From the IMG/VR virus record IMGVR_UViG_3300023710_000222: a stretch of DNA of 20,000 nucleotides. One strand, given 5' to 3'. A program made the translations under genes and the position numbers. This document shows, piece by piece, positions 15,277 through 20,000 of this stretch. The stretch comes from an uncultured virus (IMG/VR IMGVR_UViG_3300023710_000222). Its lineage: Duplodnaviria > Heunggongvirae > Uroviricota > Caudoviricetes. The notes beneath the pieces are model-generated. The model searched no databases. It was not told the DNA's origin and saw only the letters and a list, made by a program, of their open reading frames with translations. Positions within the stretch are counted from its first letter, which is position 1. Each line of letters starts with the position of its first letter.

Positions 15277-16414
15277 AACACTTCAGATAGCCATCTGCGA
15301 TAGGTTCCCAACTCATATCCTTCATCCATTCTTCCTTGATATGAGTTCTCATCGCATTCAATTTTTCTTGGTTTGAATGTAATTCCATGATGCCATTTGC
15401 CAAATCGTTCACATCACATGGTCTTACAACAAGTCCTGTGATGTTGTGTTGAACAGCAACTGCAAGAGCCCCCACATTGGTTACAACCATTGGTACACCT
15501 AATGTGAAGGCTGTTTGAACGACACCGCTTTGCGTCGCATCCTTGTATGGACAAACTCCAAATTCACAAGCCCGAAGCATGCCTGCCAGTTCCCTGGTAG
15601 CTATATAGCGATTGATGATTCTCACATAATCCAGCTTCCTGTATGGCTTAATGTCGAAATAATATTTCCCGCCGCCGGCTACCACCAACATGAGTTCAGG
15701 ATAGCGGCTATGCACCCTCTTCATGGCCTCCAAGAGGTATTCTACACCCTTGTATTCCACAATCTGCCCGAAAAAGAGGATGAAAGGCCTGTCATTCTGG
15801 AATGGCAGTGGGTCAACATACAGTATGCTGCTATACATACCCAATTTGTTGATAAATATATGGTTATCAGGTACGTGATAATAAGATGCGAATGCTGAAG
15901 ACTGCTTGTTGTTGAGTAAGACGAGTTTTGGGATAAGCCTAAAGGACATTCTTCTATCCCTCTCCGTCATTTTGTTTGTAGCGCCTGAATGCAGGAATGG
16001 ATCATGAACGGTCAATACCAGTTTCTTTTTTGCCAGATATAACAATTTCTGTGTCAGGCAAGGCGGGTTGGTTAAATGAATGACATCCGGCTTCTGCATC
16101 AAAAAATGCATGACCAGTCTTACCATCAATAGCAGGTTGGCGGGATGGAATTTCTGCTTGTACTTTTGATTAACGACATATACTTGCGAAAGGTCAAGAA
16201 TATGACGGAACTCATTGAACTCCGGGTATATTTCCGTTGCGGGATAAATACCTGTATGCGGATACAACTCTTTTAAGTCAATAAGAGTTGACCGCTTGCT
16301 GAAAGACGCAACAGAGATGTAATATCTCACGTCATGGCCTCTGCGTTGCAATTCCCCTATCAATGGGAAATCGCAGTCGGCATAAAAAGGGGAACTATAA
16401 TATATAATTTTCAT
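15263..16414 (-). CDS. Glycosyltransferase family 4
   Basis: LTVHDP, LFFGQIVEYKG, PYKDATQSGV, VVTNVGAL. Confidence 0.92.
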   Translation of the reverse strand: MKIIYYSSPFYADCDFPLIGELQRRGHDVRYYISVASFSKRSTLIDLKELYPHTGIYPATEIYPEFNEFRHILDLSQVYVVNQKYKQKFHPANLLLMVRLVMHFLMQKPDVIHLTNPPCLTQKLLYLAKKKLVLTVHDPFLHSGATNKMTERDRRMSFRLIPKLVLLNNKQSSAFASYYHVPDNHIFINKLGMYSSILYVDPLPFQNDRPFILFFGQIVEYKGVEYLLEAMKRVHSRYPELMLVVAGGGKYYFDIKPYRKLDYVRIINRYIATRELAGMLRACEFGVCPYKDATQSGVVQTAFTLGVPMVVTNVGALAVAVQHNITGLVVRPCDVNDLANGIMELHSNQEKLNAMRTHIKEEWMKDMSWEPIADGYLKCYENP

Positions 16415-16468
16415 CAAGGGAATTTACGATTTGACAATTTACTATTTATTCTCATGCGGTAGCAAATA

Positions 16469-16517
16469 TTTCATTTTTCACTTATCATTTTTCATTTTTC
16501 ACTTATCACTTTTCACT
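16469..16517. repeat. Degenerate 7-bp tandem repeat (TTCATTT/TTCACTT/ATCATTT)
   Basis: tttcatttttcacttatcatttttcatttttcacttatcacttttcact: about 7 heptamer units with a 21-bp super-repeat. Confidence 0.8.
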
Positions 16518-17478
16518 CTTTATCTCCATACAGCCATGTGAACCATTTCCTGATTCGGAAGTAAATTCCGTCAATGAGGAAAGCGCAGAAATAGATCAGC
16601 GGCATGTCCCAGTGGCGTCCGTGTACTGCAAAGTAAGATGCGAATGCTTCCTTGATGCTCTCCTTGCTGACAAATCTTCGGTTATAATGTATAAAAAGGA
16701 TAAAGAACGCCCTGTTTGTAGTGTAGATGTCCGGTTCCTCTGCAAAATACCGATAAGCCCAGTTCAGCAATGCCATCTGAGCCCTCAATTTACGTTCTGC
16801 TATTTGGCGTGAATAATCGGGGGTGATATTCTGCGAACTTTGCCGCCAGCATACCCTTGCATTGGGCACAGTACACATACCCTTTCTGCCAGAGAACATA
16901 ATCCACGCTGCCACATCGCTGCCCCATGCCAAGTCATATTTCGGGAAGCCGTCCATTTGTTCATAGACTTTTCGTGAGAACACATTCTCCACGACAAAAG
17001 CTGACAACCGCCCGGAGTTCTTGCCACGGTAGAAACGATAGGCCGGGAGCACTGCCGGATAGTCTTGTTTCCGCTTTTTATACGCTCCACGCTCGTTTAT
17101 TATATCCACATTGAAGTGATAGACATCATAATATCCCTCCGTCTTCTCTATCTGCCGCAACAGTTCCTCCACACAATTCGGCTCCATCACATCGTCATCA
17201 CTGAATAGCCAGATATAAGGCTCTTCCCGGCTCATGGCGATGCACCGTTCCCATTGCGCTACTAAATCTTTTCCGCCCAGATTGGTGTCAAACCGCTGAT
17301 AAACCAGTTCTATCTTGTCCCGATATTGCTCCACGATATTTCCTATCGGCTCAGGGCTGCAGTCGTCACCCACATACAAGATGAAGTCCTTGCACGTCTG
17401 CATGGCAATAGAGTCGAGCGCAGCGGGCAGGAATGTAGCCTTGTAGGCAGGTATGATGATGGCAAGTCGATGTGTCAT
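16513..17478 (-). CDS. Glycosyltransferase family 2
   Basis: IIIPAYK, VGDDCS, WLFSDDDVM (DxD), WGSD. Confidence 0.93.
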   Translation of the reverse strand: MTHRLAIIIPAYKATFLPAALDSIAMQTCKDFILYVGDDCSPEPIGNIVEQYRDKIELVYQRFDTNLGGKDLVAQWERCIAMSREEPYIWLFSDDDVMEPNCVEELLRQIEKTEGYYDVYHFNVDIINERGAYKKRKQDYPAVLPAYRFYRGKNSGRLSAFVVENVFSRKVYEQMDGFPKYDLAWGSDVAAWIMFSGRKGMCTVPNARVCWRQSSQNITPDYSRQIAERKLRAQMALLNWAYRYFAEEPDIYTTNRAFFILFIHYNRRFVSKESIKEAFASYFAVHGRHWDMPLIYFCAFLIDGIYFRIRKWFTWLYGDKE

Positions 17479-18779
17479 GATGGTGAAACGCTTCGATATT
17501 CGATAGTCTTGATGACAAAGCCAAGCAGAAGCATCGTAGGATAAACAGCCCCTAACTCTCCCGTACCTATTGAGAAAGCAATGTACAAAGAAAGGATGCC
17601 AACTCCCAAACCTGTCAGTTTCCTCCTTCTTTTTCGATTCCTCCTAAAATAGCAGAAAATGATGTAATAAAAAGCCGCCCATAAAGCCAGACCGACGATG
17701 CCCTGTTCAAGCAAAGTCTGCAAGATAACACTTTCTACACCGTACAGGCCACGGACAGACTCTAGATCATTAGTGTGCATATATTCCCAATATCCTTTTC
17801 CCAGCCCTAACCATTCATGTCCTTCTGCGTGGATTGCAACATACATGTATTGGGACATTCGCAGTTGGAAGGAACTTCCACTTGTTTCACTGTTTTCAGC
17901 GAAAATATCAGTCACCTGGTTCATTTTTTCCTCGACTGCAGGAAAAGTATTGTATGATAATATCATGACCATCATGGCAACAATGCCATACATCACATTT
18001 CTACTCAGTTTGAAAGTCCACAGATAGTAACAGGCTACTGACAATGCGGCACTCATCCATACGGTGCGACATCCACATGTCAATATTCCGAATGAACAAC
18101 ATGCAATGGCTATCATAAAAGCCCTATTGCTTTCCAAGCGCTGATACCATCCATGTAAATGAAGCAATAAAATGGCAGCACATATAAAGCCATAATCAAA
18201 AGAATACATAAACATTGACTGCACCCTGAACCTGTCACTTTCCGTAAAAACATCACCCAGAGCGACATCTTTTATAGCATTTGTCTTGCCTTCGGTCAAG
18301 GCATTGACAAACATGGCACTTTTTGTCATGTAATTAAGAACGCCAAAAAAAGTCAGCACTATCAGGCAATACAGTGAAATGCGCAATACCGGCTTTAGTG
18401 ACTTTTCATCCTTGACAGCCCAGAAGGCATAGCCAATGGCAAAATACTTGAGCAGCAGCTCATACTCAATCGTTTCTTTTAAGCTTACATAGGGGCTCGT
18501 CCATGCCGCAAACAGTGCTGAGAAAGTAACTGTCAGAAGCGCAGCCCATAGATAGGGCGTATGTCGCAATCTCTTGAAAAACAGAGGCAGATATCTCAAT
18601 TCTGACAGCAGGAAAGCCACTTGAAGTAATAAGTTAGCCTTGCGCAAAGGAACGCCGGGGATGTCCACCAGCGTCAGCGTCATAGCCCCCAAGACAAGCA
18701 TAGCCGCCTTCCATTCCCGTTTGACGCAGAACATCAGTAGGCAGCACACCAGCGTGACTATGATGGCTACCGTCTTCAT
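17475..18779 (-). CDS. O-antigen polymerase/ligase (Wzy/WaaL-like) membrane protein
   Basis: Roughly 10-12 hydrophobic segments; FRVQS, CGCRT, GSSFQLR, GLGKG, ESVILQTLLEQGIVG (Wzy_C-like); located within the GT cluster. Confidence 0.8.
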   Translation of the reverse strand: MKTVAIIVTLVCCLLMFCVKREWKAAMLVLGAMTLTLVDIPGVPLRKANLLLQVAFLLSELRYLPLFFKRLRHTPYLWAALLTVTFSALFAAWTSPYVSLKETIEYELLLKYFAIGYAFWAVKDEKSLKPVLRISLYCLIVLTFFGVLNYMTKSAMFVNALTEGKTNAIKDVALGDVFTESDRFRVQSMFMYSFDYGFICAAILLLHLHGWYQRLESNRAFMIAIACCSFGILTCGCRTVWMSAALSVACYYLWTFKLSRNVMYGIVAMMVMILSYNTFPAVEEKMNQVTDIFAENSETSGSSFQLRMSQYMYVAIHAEGHEWLGLGKGYWEYMHTNDLESVRGLYGVESVILQTLLEQGIVGLALWAAFYYIIFCYFRRNRKRRRKLTGLGVGILSLYIAFSIGTGELGAVYPTMLLLGFVIKTIEYRSVSPS

Positions 18780-19804
18780 TATTTGATGATTTTGTTGATT
18801 CTGATTTTCAACCTCTCACACTTCAGCCTTACGTAAGCCACTGGCAGCAAAAGATACGACAGCCAGTTAGATTTCTGTGTGTCATTTTTAAGTTGGATAT
18901 CCTTTTTCAACAGTGCCATTTTGAGGATAAGGGTTGTGAGATGTACGCGCCGGCCTAATGACAGCGGCTTGCATTGCCCATTCATCACCAACCCGGCATA
19001 GTAGCGGTAGATATCCTCCCCCCAGTCATCGCCTTTCCTCCGCCCTGTTTGTATCATTCCGCTCTCCAATATACGGTAGCAACCCGTTTGTTCCGGCAAC
19101 CAGATGAAGTCACCCATCATGGCGGCACTCAATGTAAGGGCAAAATCCATCTTTATGGGACAGTTGGCGAAGGATTTAGATTGCCACACCTTATAGCGAT
19201 ACATGCTGGTGAGCACCATGATGTAGTTGCCGTAACGGAGCAGCGTAGGCAGGTTGTCGCCGGAATGGGAACGGCCAGGATAATCTTTTATAAATGGTCT
19301 GCTTATCGGATTCCCTTCACCATCAATGGCCTGAAAGTTGGTATAGACTAATGTAGCCTGGGGATTGGCGTCCAAGGCATCCGCCTGCTTTTGCAATTTG
19401 TGCGCGTCGGTCCAATAGTCATCACCCTCACATAGGGCGACATAGTCTATCTCATCTGTCACTTCCCGATAATATTTCAGTCTTGGTTTCTTAATACTAT
19501 AATGATTGTATTTCAGCAGATAAACTGCAAAATAGCAGTGCGTGTTTTCCTGATGGCGAGCCAGTGTCAGGTGGTAGTCATCGGTTTCCTTTGTCCACTC
19601 TGTGTCAAAGTGGTCGTTCAGGTATTGTTTAATGACCTCTGGCTCTCCGTCCGTGCTGGCATCGTCCATGATGAGACAGACGAACGGAAAGCTCGTCTGC
19701 TGCATGCAAAAGCCATCCATGGTATCCTTGATATAGGATGCCTGGTTGTAAGTGTTGCACCACACAGACACCTTAAAGTGACTTATAGTTTGAACTTGTG
19801 CCAT
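18779..19804 (-). CDS. Glycosyltransferase family 2
   Basis: VSVWCNTYNQ, MDDASTDG, YVALCEGDDYWTDAHKLQKQ. Confidence 0.93.
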   Translation of the reverse strand: MAQVQTISHFKVSVWCNTYNQASYIKDTMDGFCMQQTSFPFVCLIMDDASTDGEPEVIKQYLNDHFDTEWTKETDDYHLTLARHQENTHCYFAVYLLKYNHYSIKKPRLKYYREVTDEIDYVALCEGDDYWTDAHKLQKQADALDANPQATLVYTNFQAIDGEGNPISRPFIKDYPGRSHSGDNLPTLLRYGNYIMVLTSMYRYKVWQSKSFANCPIKMDFALTLSAAMMGDFIWLPEQTGCYRILESGMIQTGRRKGDDWGEDIYRYYAGLVMNGQCKPLSLGRRVHLTTLILKMALLKKDIQLKNDTQKSNWLSYLLLPVAYVRLKCERLKIRINKIIK

Positions 19805-19808
19805 TATA

Positions 19809-20000
19809 CTATTTTCTTTTCTTCAGAATATCTATAATCTCTTTATATTCGTTCATCTTGAACAGCTTGCAACAGGCGAAAAACACTGTCGCCCCTACAG
19901 CAATCTGCATGGGAAGTACAATCCAGTAGCTCAGTGGCAGATATTTCAAGAACCATACAGGCAGGGCGATGGCTATAGCCAAAGTGTAGGAGGGGGCAAT
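19809..20000 (-). CDS. C-terminal fragment of a probable Wzx/WzxC-type flippase (5' part outside window)
   Basis: Hand translation IAPSYTLAIAIALPVWFLKYLPLSYWIVLPMQIAVGATVFFACCKLFKMNEYKEIIDILKKRK*: two TM helices and a basic tail, upstream of the GTs. Confidence 0.6.
   Translation of the reverse strand: MAPSYTLAIAIALPVWFLKYLPLSYWIVLPMQIAVGATVFFACCKLFKMNEYKEIIDILKKRK

Noticed and set aside
11721..19837. Alternative-frame and + strand ORFs over the polysaccharide genes
   Set aside because: They overlap well-supported glycosyltransferase and Wzy-like genes and lack motifs.

Overview
Bacteroidales (Prevotella-like) DNA in two blocks, with every credible gene on the minus strand. (1) 1-11615 is the right part of an integrated prophage-like element. 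Its boundary is a tRNA 3'-end fragment (att, 11597-11615) followed by a terminator. Reading inward: two small early genes (one Xis-like HTH), a ~1070-aa DnaG-type primase fused to a P-loop ATPase/helicase, an iteron/AT-rich origin candidate, two hypotheticals, a self-contained AAA ATPase/PD-(D/E)xK nuclease 'moron', a ClpP-type prohead protease with scaffold-like tail, a probable major capsid protein, two tandem near-identical tail-tube-like genes, and a phosphoribosyltransferase that runs off the left edge (missed by the ORF track). (2) 11702-20000 is the distal end of a Wzx/Wzy surface polysaccharide locus: flippase C-terminus, GT2, Wzy-like, GT2, two GT4, an apparently frameshifted O-acyltransferase, GT4 and WecB/TagA. 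Most notable: an element-specific promoter architecture (TTGTCYTTTCGC-N17-TACYTTTG), face-to-face promoters with a possible structured RNA and no repressor gene at the att end, three apparent paralogs of one tail-tube-like fold, and 33-bp-phased repeats before the ATPase moron. All protein calls come from motif recognition and context; no searches were run.
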